NCBI GenBank assembly: GCA_963836235.1
Contig: CAWIIP010000004.1
Coordinates: 352,001 to 416,000 of the forward strand
From: an uncultured Pseudomonadota bacterium
GTDB taxonomy: Bacteria; Oederibacteriota; Muellerivitia; Muellerivitales; Muellerivitaceae
Length of the DNA: 64,000 nt
Reading direction: 5' to 3'
Both the position numbers and the translations under genes were made by a program. Positions 18,422 to 29,016 of the stretch are shown here, piece after piece. The notes beneath the pieces are model-generated. The model did no database searches and was not told the origin of the DNA. It saw only the letters and a list, made by a program, of their open reading frames with translations. Every line of letters starts with the position of its first letter. The stretch's first letter is position 1.

Positions 18422-20344
18422 ATGTGCGGCATTGTCGGGGCTTTCGGCTTTAAAAATAGTTCTTTCCCCATTACCGAATCTTATATCGCCAAGATGCGCG
18501 ACACCATGGCGCACCGGGGGCCTGACGGGGTGGGGGCCTGGATCTCCCAAGACCAAAAGGTGGGACTGGGGCACCGGCGGCTGTCCATCATCGACCTTTC
18601 TACCATCGCCAACCAGCCCATGGCCAACGCAGATGGAAGCTTGCAGGTGGTCTTCAACGGGGAAATTTACAATCACGCCGATATCCGAAAGGAACTCAAC
18701 CAAGCCGGGAAGTTCCAATGGAAAACCGACCATTCGGACACCGAGGTCATCCTTCACGCTTTCGAGCTATGGGGGATCGAGTGCCTCCACAAGTTCCGCG
18801 GGATGTTCGCAATCGGGCTTTGGGACGAAAAGAAAAGGGAACTTTGGCTGATCCGGGACCGGTTGGGCATCAAACCCCTTTACTACAGCATTCACGATAA
18901 CCGCGTCACCTTCGCTTCCGAAATCAAGGCGCTCCTGCAGGACCCGGACCAAAAGCGGGCCGTGCATGAGGAGGCTTTTTTCCATTACCTTTCCTTCCTC
19001 ACAACGCCGGCGCCCCAAACCCTCTTTGATGGCATCCTTAAGCTTCCGCCGGGGACTTGGTTGCGAATCCGGGAAGACGGAACCACCGAGGAAAAGCGCT
19101 ATTGGGACATTTGGGATAACGCCCGTTCCCTGGAGGGGGTTTCCGAGGATGAAATCGCCAAGCGGCTTTTAGAGGAGCTGAAGACAGCCGTCAAGCTTCG
19201 CAAGGTCAGCGATGTTCCTGTGGGAGTTTTCCTTTCGGGCGGGATTGATTCCTCGACCAACGCAGCCCTTTTTTCGCAAGGGGACAACCCCTCGACGAAG
19301 CTCGGGGCGGGCCAAAAGGTCAAAACCTTCAGCATCGGATACAAGGGGTCCTATCAGTCCTACCAGAACGAGCTCCACTACGCGAGGCAAGTGGCCGATT
19401 ACGTTGGGGCCGAATACCACGACTTGCTTTTGGACATCGACGACCTGATGAGTTTCCTGCCCCGGATGGTTCAACTGCAGGACGAGCCCATCGCCGACCC
19501 GGTCTGCGTGCCGGTTTATTACGTTTCCAAGCTGGCCCGGGAAAACGGGGTCGTCGTCTGTCAGGTGGGGGAGGGCGCGGATGAGCTATTCTGGGGTTAC
19601 AACGGCTGGAAAAAAGAACTAAAGTACCAACGCATCATGGACAAGCCTATCCCCACTTTCCTGAAAAAACTGGGGCTTCTTCCCTTGAAGTTGATGGGAC
19701 GCCGCTATTCGGCCCATTATGAAAGACTGCGACGCAGTTCCCTGGGCCAGCCCATCTTCTGGGGTGGGGCCGAGGCATTTACTCAGACGCAAAAAATGAA
19801 ACTTTTATCGCCTCGGCTCAGGAAAAAATTCAAAAATTTCACCTCCTGGGAAGCGCTTAAGCCTATTCGGGAGCGCTTTGAGAAGATGGCGTGGGAAAAA
19901 ACACCCCTTCAATGGATGAGCTACTTGGATCTTAATCTAAGGCTTCCCGAGCTTTTGCTGATGCGGGTGGACAAGATGAGCATGGGGGTCTCATTGGAGG
20001 GGCGGGTGCCCTTTCTGGATCACAAGTTCGTCGAACTTTCCATGAGCATTCCCGAAAAGGTGAAAACCAAGGACGGCATCCTTAAATACATCCTCAAAAA
20101 AGCGGTGCGCGGGGTTATCCCCGACGAGATTATCGACCGGCCCAAGCAAGGTTTCGGCGTGCCGATTTACGAGTGGTTCTTCGACAAGTTGGGCGAGAAA
20201 ACCCGGCAGGAACTGGAGGAATTTTGCGCCAAGACCGACTTCCTCGATCGGGACGAGGTTTTTCGGTATATTGAGAAAGGCGAAGGCCCCCAAGTCTGGT
20301 ACCTGCTGAACTTTGCGCTATGGTGGAAGGAATATGTCGCCTGA
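18422..20344 (+). CDS. asnB: Asparagine synthase (glutamine-hydrolysing) family amidotransferase, likely sugar amidation
   Basis: MCGI N-terminal nucleophile, HRGPD, FNGEIYN, DRLGIKPLYY, LSGGIDSS, GEGADE, RVPFLD, RPKQGF. Confidence 0.92.
   Translation: MCGIVGAFGFKNSSFPITESYIAKMRDTMAHRGPDGVGAWISQDQKVGLGHRRLSIIDLSTIANQPMANADGSLQVVFNGEIYNHADIRKELNQAGKFQWKTDHSDTEVILHAFELWGIECLHKFRGMFAIGLWDEKKRELWLIRDRLGIKPLYYSIHDNRVTFASEIKALLQDPDQKRAVHEEAFFHYLSFLTTPAPQTLFDGILKLPPGTWLRIREDGTTEEKRYWDIWDNARSLEGVSEDEIAKRLLEELKTAVKLRKVSDVPVGVFLSGGIDSSTNAALFSQGDNPSTKLGAGQKVKTFSIGYKGSYQSYQNELHYARQVADYVGAEYHDLLLDIDDLMSFLPRMVQLQDEPIADPVCVPVYYVSKLARENGVVVCQVGEGADELFWGYNGWKKELKYQRIMDKPIPTFLKKLGLLPLKLMGRRYSAHYERLRRSSLGQPIFWGGAEAFTQTQKMKLLSPRLRKKFKNFTSWEALKPIRERFEKMAWEKTPLQWMSYLDLNLRLPELLLMRVDKMSMGVSLEGRVPFLDHKFVELSMSIPEKVKTKDGILKYILKKAVRGVIPDEIIDRPKQGFGVPIYEWFFDKLGEKTRQELEEFCAKTDFLDRDEVFRYIEKGEGPQVWYLLNFALWWKEYVA
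19288..19312. repeat. REP-like palindromic element inserted in frame in asnB (PSTKLGAG)
   Basis: CCCCTCGACGAAGCTCGGGGCGGGC; reverse strand GCCCCGAGCTTCGTCGAGGGG resembles the CCCTGAGCTTGTCGAAGGG-type repeat. Confidence 0.6.
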
Positions 20345-20349
20345 TCCAA

Positions 20350-21660
20350 ATGATCCGTCAATATATCGCTGATCACGGGGGAACTCCCGGCGCGGCCCTC
20401 TGTTATTTCGGGAACCACTTCTATCATTCCAATTTTGTCCGGAAGGTTTTCCAAACTTACGGCAACCGGCTTTTGATGATCGGTTTTGGGCTGGTGGGAA
20501 GCGTGCTGACGGCCCGGCTTTTAGGGCCAGAGGGCAGGGGCTACTTGGGCACCTTTTGGGCTGTGGCGGGCGTCGGGGTGCAATTCATCAACTTTGGTCT
20601 CCAATCCTCCAATACCTATTACATCGCCAAGGATAAATCCATCCTGCCCCAGACCATGGGCAATAGCCTGGCGGTCGGCTTAGGGCTGGGTGCCTTCACC
20701 TCTCTCTTTGCGGGCCTCTTTTTTTGGATCTGGCCCCAGCTTTCACCCTTGCCCACGACCCTCCTGATCTTGTCTTTGACGGCCATTCCCCTCGGGTTGA
20801 CCGGAATGTTCCTTCAAAACATTCTTTTGGGATTGGGGGATGTGCGCTATTTCAACCTGATCGAACTGTTCGGGAAAATCCTTACCGTTTTGGTTTTGGG
20901 ACTCCTCTTTTGGTGGCACCGGGTGGATGTGCTTTCCGTCTCGGTTTTAAGCTTGGGAATTTCCCTTTTCACCTTGGTCTGGTACTGGGTGAAGTCGGCG
21001 GGACATTTAAAGGGCCCTTTAAATATTTCGTGGGATATTTTCCGAGACCACTTGAGGTACGGTTTTAAGGCTTATGTCGCCGCTTTTTTCGGTTTCCTGC
21101 TGTTGAGAGTGGACATCCTGATGGTGCAATATATTTCCGGGCCGAAAGAGACGGGGTATTACTCCATGTCCTCTACCATGGCCGATTACCTTTACCTGCT
21201 GCCGATGACGGTGGGAACCATTCTCTTTCCCAATCTTTCTTCGCTGCCTTCCAAGCTGGAAATGTGGAAAAGGACGAAAAAGGTTTGCGGAATATTGACC
21301 CTAGTTTTTATTCCGGGTGTTTTGTTTTCCATTATTCTGGCCAAGCCCATCGTTCTTTTGCTCTATGGAACGGCCTTTGAACCCGCTGTTTTTCCTTACC
21401 AAATCCTGGCTTGCGCCATGATTTTTTACGGTATTAATACGGTCCTTTCCAATTTCCTGGCGGCTACGGGTTTTCCCTGGTTCGCGGTTTACGTTTGGAT
21501 CGCGGCGCTTTTCGTGAATGTCGGCTTGAACTTGTTTTTGATCCCTCGATACGGACCCGCAGGCGCCTCTTGGGCTTCCCTGGTGGGGTACTTTTTGGTT
21601 TTTGTTTTGCAATATCAATTTATCGTTGGAAAAGAGATGAAAGAACCCGTTAAGCCATGA
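20350..21660 (+). CDS. wzx: Polysaccharide flippase (Wzx/MOP family)
   Basis: ARLLGPEGRG, RVDILMV, GYYS, LIPRYGPAGA; about 12 TM segments. Confidence 0.85.
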   Translation: MIRQYIADHGGTPGAALCYFGNHFYHSNFVRKVFQTYGNRLLMIGFGLVGSVLTARLLGPEGRGYLGTFWAVAGVGVQFINFGLQSSNTYYIAKDKSILPQTMGNSLAVGLGLGAFTSLFAGLFFWIWPQLSPLPTTLLILSLTAIPLGLTGMFLQNILLGLGDVRYFNLIELFGKILTVLVLGLLFWWHRVDVLSVSVLSLGISLFTLVWYWVKSAGHLKGPLNISWDIFRDHLRYGFKAYVAAFFGFLLLRVDILMVQYISGPKETGYYSMSSTMADYLYLLPMTVGTILFPNLSSLPSKLEMWKRTKKVCGILTLVFIPGVLFSIILAKPIVLLLYGTAFEPAVFPYQILACAMIFYGINTVLSNFLAATGFPWFAVYVWIAALFVNVGLNLFLIPRYGPAGASWASLVGYFLVFVLQYQFIVGKEMKEPVKP

Positions 21661-23270
21661 CTCCCTCCAAAATTATCATTTACCGTTCCTCTCCCTATGT
21701 CGTTGAGACTGGCATGCCCGCTGATAACCGTCAAACGGTGGTTTCCTTTGACGAACTAAAGCAATGGCTGAAAAGCGGGAAGATATGGGGGCATTTGTTC
21801 CGCTATGACGAGGCCGTCATGGTGACGGCGGATTTAAGGCTGATCGCGAAGCCTTTCGTGACCACCCTTCTGCTGTGGTTGTTGGCCCGTAAAAGAACAG
21901 TGATGCGGGACGACCGAGGCGCTGTCCAGGAAGTAGGGATCGGCGTGCTTTTGTCCTTGTTCAGGAAGTTCATGAAGGATTTCAGGGGGAAAGAGAGATT
22001 CTTCAAGGATTTGGAGCTTCAAGTGAAGTCTCTTTGCTGGGAGGGGAAGATTGGAGCGAATCCGCGGCCGGATTTATCTTTTCCGCCGGTTTACCTGCGC
22101 ACGGACATGGTTTTTGGCTTGAAATCCGGTGGATCGGTGGGGCATATCGCGGGCGTATTGAACCAACTGGACCAGTTCACGGGAAAACCGATTTTCCTTA
22201 CCACCGACCGAATTCCCACCGTCCGGACCGATTTGGAAACTCATCAGGTTCTACCAGGAGACCAATTCTGGGACTTTAGCGAAATGCCGGCTTTCCATTA
22301 CAACCATGTGTTTTACGTTGAAGCCCTGCGGCTATTGGGGGAAAGAAAAATTTCATTTATTTACCAGCGCTACAGCCTGAATAACTTTTCCGGGCTCCAG
22401 TTGGCCCGACACTACAGGGTCCCCTTCTTATTGGAATACAACGGATCGGAAATATGGGTGGGGCGTAATTGGGGAAGTGTTTTGAAGTACGAGGCCATGT
22501 CGCAAAAAATCGAGGACCTTAATTTAGGGGAATGCGATATGGCGGTGGTGGTCAGCCAGCCGCTGAAGGATGAAATGGTCAAGAGGGGTGTTTCCGCCGA
22601 AAAAATCCTGGTCAATCCCAACGGTGTGGACACCGAATTATATTCGCCCAAAGTGGATGGCTCGATTGTCCGCCAAAAATACGGCTTGGAGGGGAAGACG
22701 GTTTTGGGGTTCATCGGCACATTCGGCCGCTGGCACGGGGCGGAAGTCTTGGCCCAGGCTTTCGGGGAGTTGATGCGAGAATTTCCGGAATTACGAACCA
22801 AGGCGCGGCTTTTGATGGTGGGCGATGGAATCACTATGCCTCTGGTGAAAGAAACTCTCGAGAAATACGGAGTGTTGAATTTCTGCGTTTTAACCGGCAC
22901 CCTGCCCCAGGCCGAAGGGCCCGCCCACTTGGCGGCCTGCGATATCCTGGCGGCGCCTACGGTTCCCAACCCCGACGGGACTCCTTTTTTCGGATCGCCC
23001 ACCAAGCTTTTCGAGTATATGGCCATGGGCAAGGGTATCGTGGCCTCAGACCTGGACCAGATCGGCGAGATCTTAAAACACAATGAAACGGCTTGGCTGG
23101 TCAAGCCCGGTGACAAGGATTCTTTAAAAGAGGGATTGAAGGCTTTGATGGGGGATAAGGCCCTGCGGGAAAAGTTGGGCCGCGCCGCCAGGGAAGAGTG
23201 CGTGGCCAAATACACCTGGAAAGAACATACCCGTAAGATTATCGAAAAGCTTAAAGAGAGATGCGGTTGA
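21657..23270 (+). CDS. Glycosyltransferase family 4 with N-terminal extension
   Basis: PNGVD, GFIGTFGRWHG, SPTKLFEYMAMG. Confidence 0.87.
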   Translation: MTPSKIIIYRSSPYVVETGMPADNRQTVVSFDELKQWLKSGKIWGHLFRYDEAVMVTADLRLIAKPFVTTLLLWLLARKRTVMRDDRGAVQEVGIGVLLSLFRKFMKDFRGKERFFKDLELQVKSLCWEGKIGANPRPDLSFPPVYLRTDMVFGLKSGGSVGHIAGVLNQLDQFTGKPIFLTTDRIPTVRTDLETHQVLPGDQFWDFSEMPAFHYNHVFYVEALRLLGERKISFIYQRYSLNNFSGLQLARHYRVPFLLEYNGSEIWVGRNWGSVLKYEAMSQKIEDLNLGECDMAVVVSQPLKDEMVKRGVSAEKILVNPNGVDTELYSPKVDGSIVRQKYGLEGKTVLGFIGTFGRWHGAEVLAQAFGELMREFPELRTKARLLMVGDGITMPLVKETLEKYGVLNFCVLTGTLPQAEGPAHLAACDILAAPTVPNPDGTPFFGSPTKLFEYMAMGKGIVASDLDQIGEILKHNETAWLVKPGDKDSLKEGLKALMGDKALREKLGRAAREECVAKYTWKEHTRKIIEKLKERCG

Positions 23271-25363
23271 AAAATCTTTTTCATTATTTAAAGAGAGCCG
23301 TCTCCATCCCTCCGCATATCGCGGTGCGAAAAGCCGTCGCGAAGGTTTTTCGCCGATATACCGAGGCCCGGGAAAGAAAGCGGGACATAGCTTTTCCCAC
23401 TTATGGTCTGGCGGGTTTTACCCAAGGCTGGACATTGACACCCCGCAAGATGGATTTAACCAAAGTCCTGACGCTTCTTCCCATCGGCCCCGTTCTGGAA
23501 AAAAGCCGCCGGTTATTGGCCCATGAGTTTGACCTCTTGGGATCGGGTTGGGTGAAGGTCCGCCATGGGGCGAAATGCGCCGGGCTGGAAGGAAGTTTCT
23601 TCGATCCTGGAGAAAGAGTGACGGCGGATTCGGAAGGACGATGGTTGTCCCTGCGGATCAACGAGAAGAACCTGCCCGAGTCGCGCCGGATTTGGGGATT
23701 AATCGAACAAAACTACGAGCCCATTGATTGGCAATTGGATTTCAAGTCGGGTTATCGCTGGTTCGAAAAAACCTTGAGCCGGGATATCGCCTATGGGGCT
23801 TTACGGGGGCAGGATGTAAAGGTCCCCTGGGAATTGGCCCGGATGCAGCATCTTCCCACCCTGGCCTGGGCATTTGGGCTCGCTCTTCAAAAGATAGCAG
23901 AGTTTGAAGCGCCTGAAGTTTATGCTCAAGAATTTCGAAATCAAATCCTTGATTTCATTGCGACCAGCCCGCCCCGTTATGGGGTGAATTGGGCTTGCAC
24001 GATGGACGTCGGCATCCGGGTGGCCAATTGGATATTGGCTTATGACTTGTTCCATTCCCTGGGGACGAAATTCGATTCGGGCTTTGAGGAAACCTTTGCC
24101 CGAAGCGTCATTGAACACGCCGACCACATTTATCACCATTTGGAATGGGACCCCCTGCTGCGGTCTAACCATTACTTGGCGGATATCGCGGGGCTTCTTT
24201 GGGCTTCGGCCCATTTGCCGAAAAAGAAGGAGCATGACCGGTGGCTCGCCTTTGCCACGGGGGAATTGAAAAAGGAAGTGCGGTCTCAATTTGGCCCGGA
24301 TGGGGCGAATTTCGAGGCTTCCACCAGCTACCATCGTTTAAGTTCGGAGATGGTGGTTTATGCGGCGGCCCTGGGAATGGGCTTGGGGGAAAAAAACCCT
24401 GTTAGTTTCGTTGAAAAAATAGAGCCCATGGCCGACTTTACATTAGCCTTCGCTAAACCTGACGGAAAGTCGGTCCAGGTCGGGGACAACGATAGCGGCC
24501 GTTTTTTTAAGTTAATCCCGGTGGAGGAAAACACACTGGACCATCGCCATTTAATCGCGGCTTTTAACGGTTTATTGAACCGGGCCGATCTTGGTGAATT
24601 CGCAAGGGGTTTCGAGGCCGAAACCGAGGTGATCCGTCAATTGGCGGGCGAGACGTTGATAAAAGAACTCCATATGCCGGACGCTCATTTAGATGGGATT
24701 TCCTATCCTGATTTCGGCCTTTACCGAATGACCCAAGGAGCTTGGTGGCTGTGCGTCCGCTGTGGTTCGGTGGGCCAAAAGGGCAACGGGGGCCACGCCC
24801 ATAACGACCAGCTTTCTTTCGAGTTGTGCTTGGAGGGCCGATCCCTTTTAGTGGACCCTGGAACCTACCTTTACACGCCCCTGCCGGAAGAAAGAAACAG
24901 GTTCCGTTCGACGGCCATGCACAATACCCTGTCCTTTGAAGGCCTGGAACAAAATCCCTTTGGGCCCGAACTGTTCCGGCTGGAAGACATGGCGCGCGCG
25001 CGGGTGATGGATTTTCAAGAAGGCCTCTTTGTCGGGGAACATCAAGGTTTCGGTTCGGTTCACCGCCGGACGCTGAAACTGGACGAAAAAGGTTTAAACG
25101 GTTTGGATGAATGCCGTGGAAAAGGAATAAAGTCGATTTATTTCCACGCGGCACCGGGTTGGAAAGCGAAAAAGGTTTCTGCCAAGGTGGCCCGGCTTTC
25201 TATTGGCGGTCAAACCGCGCGATTTGAATCCCCGGACGGGGAATGGTCGGTCGAGGAAGGCTTTTATTCCGGTGAATATGGTAATAAGGAAAGGGCTGAG
25301 GTTTTGATCTTGAAATCCGAAGCGAAGATAATCAGTTGGTCCATCATGGCCGGGGAAAAGTGA
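23261..25363 (+). CDS. Heparinase II/III-like protein (alginate-lyase-like N-domain + hepar_II_III C-domain)
   Basis: DVKVPWELAR, NHY, FEASTSYH, GDNDSG, GHAHND, DPGTYLY, RSTAMHN. Confidence 0.85.
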   Translation: MRLKNLFHYLKRAVSIPPHIAVRKAVAKVFRRYTEARERKRDIAFPTYGLAGFTQGWTLTPRKMDLTKVLTLLPIGPVLEKSRRLLAHEFDLLGSGWVKVRHGAKCAGLEGSFFDPGERVTADSEGRWLSLRINEKNLPESRRIWGLIEQNYEPIDWQLDFKSGYRWFEKTLSRDIAYGALRGQDVKVPWELARMQHLPTLAWAFGLALQKIAEFEAPEVYAQEFRNQILDFIATSPPRYGVNWACTMDVGIRVANWILAYDLFHSLGTKFDSGFEETFARSVIEHADHIYHHLEWDPLLRSNHYLADIAGLLWASAHLPKKKEHDRWLAFATGELKKEVRSQFGPDGANFEASTSYHRLSSEMVVYAAALGMGLGEKNPVSFVEKIEPMADFTLAFAKPDGKSVQVGDNDSGRFFKLIPVEENTLDHRHLIAAFNGLLNRADLGEFARGFEAETEVIRQLAGETLIKELHMPDAHLDGISYPDFGLYRMTQGAWWLCVRCGSVGQKGNGGHAHNDQLSFELCLEGRSLLVDPGTYLYTPLPEERNRFRSTAMHNTLSFEGLEQNPFGPELFRLEDMARARVMDFQEGLFVGEHQGFGSVHRRTLKLDEKGLNGLDECRGKGIKSIYFHAAPGWKAKKVSAKVARLSIGGQTARFESPDGEWSVEEGFYSGEYGNKERAEVLILKSEAKIISWSIMAGEK

Positions 25364-26526
25364 TGACGCCCAAAAAAATACTGATGGCTTGCGCCAATTT
25401 CTGGACCTCGCCCTACCAAGTGGGGAGTCACCACTTGGCCCGCGAATTCGCGCGCCGGGGCTGGCAAGTGGCTTTCCTTTCCGATCCCATCTCTCCTTTC
25501 CATCTGCTAGGGGGAAAGGGTGGGGAACTGCGGGAAAGATTCCGAATTTACCGGCAGGGCGGCGTAAGGGATTTGAACGGAAAGTTGTGGACCTATGTAC
25601 CTTTCGCCTTGGCCTCACCCCATAACAAGCCCTTTTTGCGGTCCGGATGGATCCAGAAAAATTGGCCCATTCTTTCTTTGCCCAATCTGGTTCTGAAAGC
25701 CGCCCAGCAAGGATTTGGGGAAGTGGACCTTCTCTACTTTGACAGCGTGGCCCAGGCTTTTTGGCTTAAATATATCAAGGCGGGTAAGACTCTTTTTCGC
25801 ATCGCCGATAACAACGCGGGGTTCGGCAAAAGCACGCCAGCGGCCCGCCACGCGGAAAAGGAACTGGCCCAAAAGGTGGACGCCGTCGTCTATACGGCCG
25901 AAAGCCTCAAAAAGGGAATCGAATCCTTGGAGCCTCGCCATATGTTTCACCTGCCTAACGGCGTGAATTCCCTCCACTTTGAAGGGCCGGAGCCACCGGT
26001 TCCCGCCGAATACGACAGGTTGAGCAAGCCCATCGTTGTTTACGTCGGCGCCATGGAGGAATGGTTTAATTTCAAATGGCTTCGCCGGGCGGCGGACAAA
26101 TTAAATAAGGTTTCATTTGTGCTGATCGGTTCCACCCGCGCGGCGGGGGAATTCGCGGGACTGGACAATGTCCATTTCTTAGGCCCCCGGCCCTATTCGG
26201 CCATTCCGGCCTACTTGAAGCACGCACAAGTTGGGATCATACCCTTTGATCTGGAGGGCCATGCCGACTTGGTGAATAGTATCCATCCTTTGAAACTTTA
26301 CGAGTACATGGCTTGTGGGCTTCCGGTGGTCGCTACGGCTTGGCAGGAATTGGAACGGCTCAAAAGTCCCGCTATTCTGGCCCGCACCGAAGTCCAGTTT
26401 ATCCAAGGTCTCCAAAAAGCCATCGCCCGGCCGGGAAGCAAGACCCTTTACCGCAACTATGCCCGCAAACAGGATTGGTCTGGAAGAGTGGATGGTCTTT
26501 TGAAGTTCCTGGGCGGCCTTAAATGA
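25363..26526 (+). CDS. Glycosyltransferase (GT4-like, GT-B fold)
   Basis: PNGV, YVGAM, HPLKLYEYMACGLPVV. Confidence 0.85.
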   Translation: MTPKKILMACANFWTSPYQVGSHHLAREFARRGWQVAFLSDPISPFHLLGGKGGELRERFRIYRQGGVRDLNGKLWTYVPFALASPHNKPFLRSGWIQKNWPILSLPNLVLKAAQQGFGEVDLLYFDSVAQAFWLKYIKAGKTLFRIADNNAGFGKSTPAARHAEKELAQKVDAVVYTAESLKKGIESLEPRHMFHLPNGVNSLHFEGPEPPVPAEYDRLSKPIVVYVGAMEEWFNFKWLRRAADKLNKVSFVLIGSTRAAGEFAGLDNVHFLGPRPYSAIPAYLKHAQVGIIPFDLEGHADLVNSIHPLKLYEYMACGLPVVATAWQELERLKSPAILARTEVQFIQGLQKAIARPGSKTLYRNYARKQDWSGRVDGLLKFLGGLK

Positions 26527-27626
26527 AACCGACGATCACGATCGACGCCCGCATGATTTATTCGGCGGGTATAGGGACCTATTTGCAAAGCCTTCTTCCT
26601 CTGATCCTTGGCCGAAGGCCGCAGTATCAGTTTTACCTTTTGGGAAAGTCGTCTGATCTGGAGGCCTTTCCATGGGCAAGATTGAAAAATGTAAGAGTCA
26701 TCTCCTGCGATTCGTCGATTTATGGCCTTCGGGAACAAGTTGAAATTCCCCAAAAAACGCCTCCTCAAACTGGCTTGTTCTGGTCGCCGCATTACAACAT
26801 CCCGTTGGGTTGTCCGGCCAAGCTTTTGGTGACTGTCCATGATGTGTTTCACTTGGCCATGCCCCAATTCACAGGAGGCATCCACAAAAAGCTTTACGCC
26901 TGGTATATGTTTTCTTCCCTGCGCAGGAAAGCGGCGGCCATCCTGTCCGTCTCCCAGTTTTCCAAGGATGAACTTTTGAAATATACCGGTCCGGCGGGTT
27001 GCCAGCCCCAAGTCGTTTATAACGGGGTGGATGAAAGCTGGTTCAAGGTTCGCAAGAAAAGAAATCCCCATTCGAAACCTTATTTTTTATATGTCGGTAG
27101 CGTGAAGCCGCATAAAAACCTGACGGGACTCCTTGAGGCTTTTGAGAAAGTAAAAAACCAAATTCCCCAGGACCTGATCATCGTTGGTAAAAAGGAAGGT
27201 TTCATCACGGGAGACGGAAAAGTCATCCGAAGAGCCGAGAAAATGGGGGACCGGGTGTTCTTTACCGGGGATTTCCACTATGACGATCCCTTGTTCCGGC
27301 AATATTACGCCTGGGCCGATTTTTTAGTATTGCCATCGTTGTATGAGAGCTTTGGGCTTCCACCCCTGGAGGCAATGGCCTGTGGCGTTCCCGTTTTAGT
27401 CTCGAACTTGGCGGCTTTTCCCGAAGTCTACGGGGACGCCGCGCTTTATTGCGATCCCCATAACCCGGAAGATATCGCGCTCAAGTTATTGAAGTTATCC
27501 AAGGATCGAAAGCTTCGTCAAAGGCTAATTCAGAGAGGTTGGGCGAGGGCCAAAAGGTACAACTGGAAAAAGAGCGCGGGCCAAATTATCCAGGTGATTG
27601 AGCGGCTTCTTTTAAAGGCCGAGTAA
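26523..27626 (+). CDS. Glycosyltransferase family 4 (mannosyltransferase-like)
   Basis: GIGTY, TVHD, KPHKN, PSLYESFGLPPLEAMACG. Confidence 0.9.
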   Translation: MKPTITIDARMIYSAGIGTYLQSLLPLILGRRPQYQFYLLGKSSDLEAFPWARLKNVRVISCDSSIYGLREQVEIPQKTPPQTGLFWSPHYNIPLGCPAKLLVTVHDVFHLAMPQFTGGIHKKLYAWYMFSSLRRKAAAILSVSQFSKDELLKYTGPAGCQPQVVYNGVDESWFKVRKKRNPHSKPYFLYVGSVKPHKNLTGLLEAFEKVKNQIPQDLIIVGKKEGFITGDGKVIRRAEKMGDRVFFTGDFHYDDPLFRQYYAWADFLVLPSLYESFGLPPLEAMACGVPVLVSNLAAFPEVYGDAALYCDPHNPEDIALKLLKLSKDRKLRQRLIQRGWARAKRYNWKKSAGQIIQVIERLLLKAE

Positions 27627-27630
27627 AACT

Positions 27631-29016
27631 TTATGGTTGGTTCGGTTCCGTTTCGACCGATTTAAAAACCAGCAGGTTAATGGAAAAGAAGAACAATAGC
27701 CAATAATCCAGACGGGGGAAAGTTGTCGTTAGGTTGTAGTTAACCAGGAAATGGATGACCCAGGCCAGGCCGGTAAAAAGCAGGGCCCCTTTATTGGCGC
27801 CTTGAAGAATTGAAAACTGAATGATGGAAAATAAGGCAAATAGGAAAGCCAACAAGCCGATCAGTCCCGATTCCGTGCCGACTTCAAGCCAGGTGTTCAT
27901 GACGTCGGTTGTCAAGCCCCCGTAATCTTTGACAGGCTGATAGCCTTGCCCCAGCCAAAAATGGTCCCCCCAGAGCTTCAACCCCTTCTTGAAACTGTCC
28001 ACCCGATCCCCTTCGCTGGTGTGGGAGACCGCGAGGCGGGTGGTGATGCCGTTGACACCCATGGTTCCCGAAAGGCGGCCCAGGTAGTTTTTCCCGTCCG
28101 GGGAAAGAAATAAAAGGCCTACTCCCAGGGCCGACATGAGAAGGCTTTGAAGAACGGACTTTCGGATGTTTCCGAGGTCCTTGAAGAAGGACGCGGCAAA
28201 TAGGAAACAAAGCGTTATAGCGCATCCCAGGATGGCGGTTCTTGAAGTGGTCAGAAAGGACGCGGCCACTATCAAACCTGGAACAAGGCCGGGAAAACGC
28301 CTATGGCCTTTTCCCATCCAAAAGACCAAGGGTAGGGCGAAGATGAAAGCGGAACCGGCGTAACCCGGCTCGTAATAAAAGGCGCAAGGCCGGTAGAGGA
28401 AGACCCCGTAATAGCTATATCCAAGTTGCGCGATACCAAAGGGGACATGTAGACCCCAAAGACTCAGAGTGAGGAGGGTTTTGCTTTGGTAGGGTTCGGG
28501 TGTGGCTATTTTGAAAAAGTATAGACAGAAAACCTGAAGGATGATGAAGGCGGCCAGGGCCAGCAGGCCCCATCGGAAGCCCCGCCGAAGGGAGGAGACC
28601 CAGCGGGGGTTCAGAAGGACCAGCGCGGCTCCACCGATATTGAAAGCGGCCCAGCCCAACTTGATGAATCCTAGGGTCGGGAAAGACGAGAAGGAAACCG
28701 CCAAGCCGTAAACCAGGGCGAAGGGCGCCCAGGCCCAGCCCACTCTTTTAATCCGGTTCCATTCAGCCGGAAAACGTTCCCGGTTTTTAAGAAGATCAAT
28801 CAGGGAGAAGGCGGCCATTCCCAAAAGCAAAAGCTGGCCCCAGCGAAAATTAAAGCCATGGATTCGAACGGCGAAAACCAAGTCGGCGCAGGCGAGAAAA
28901 AAGAAACAAGCCCAGAATAAAGTTGGAAGTAAATTTTCCTCTTGGGACTCGCGCCTTGATCCCCTTTCATTAAAACTTCGGGGAACAGGAAGAGCGACAG
29001 GCGGACGTGTGGACAA
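27631..29016 (-). CDS. O-antigen ligase/polymerase (Wzy_C)-like membrane protein
   Basis: Multi-TM; YEP, TTSRT, R...F..G...W..H..LGQG, NTWLEVGTESGLIG pattern. Confidence 0.72.
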   Translation of the reverse strand: MSTRPPVALPVPRSFNERGSRRESQEENLLPTLFWACFFFLACADLVFAVRIHGFNFRWGQLLLLGMAAFSLIDLLKNRERFPAEWNRIKRVGWAWAPFALVYGLAVSFSSFPTLGFIKLGWAAFNIGGAALVLLNPRWVSSLRRGFRWGLLALAAFIILQVFCLYFFKIATPEPYQSKTLLTLSLWGLHVPFGIAQLGYSYYGVFLYRPCAFYYEPGYAGSAFIFALPLVFWMGKGHRRFPGLVPGLIVAASFLTTSRTAILGCAITLCFLFAASFFKDLGNIRKSVLQSLLMSALGVGLLFLSPDGKNYLGRLSGTMGVNGITTRLAVSHTSEGDRVDSFKKGLKLWGDHFWLGQGYQPVKDYGGLTTDVMNTWLEVGTESGLIGLLAFLFALFSIIQFSILQGANKGALLFTGLAWVIHFLVNYNLTTTFPRLDYWLLFFFSINLLVFKSVETEPNQP

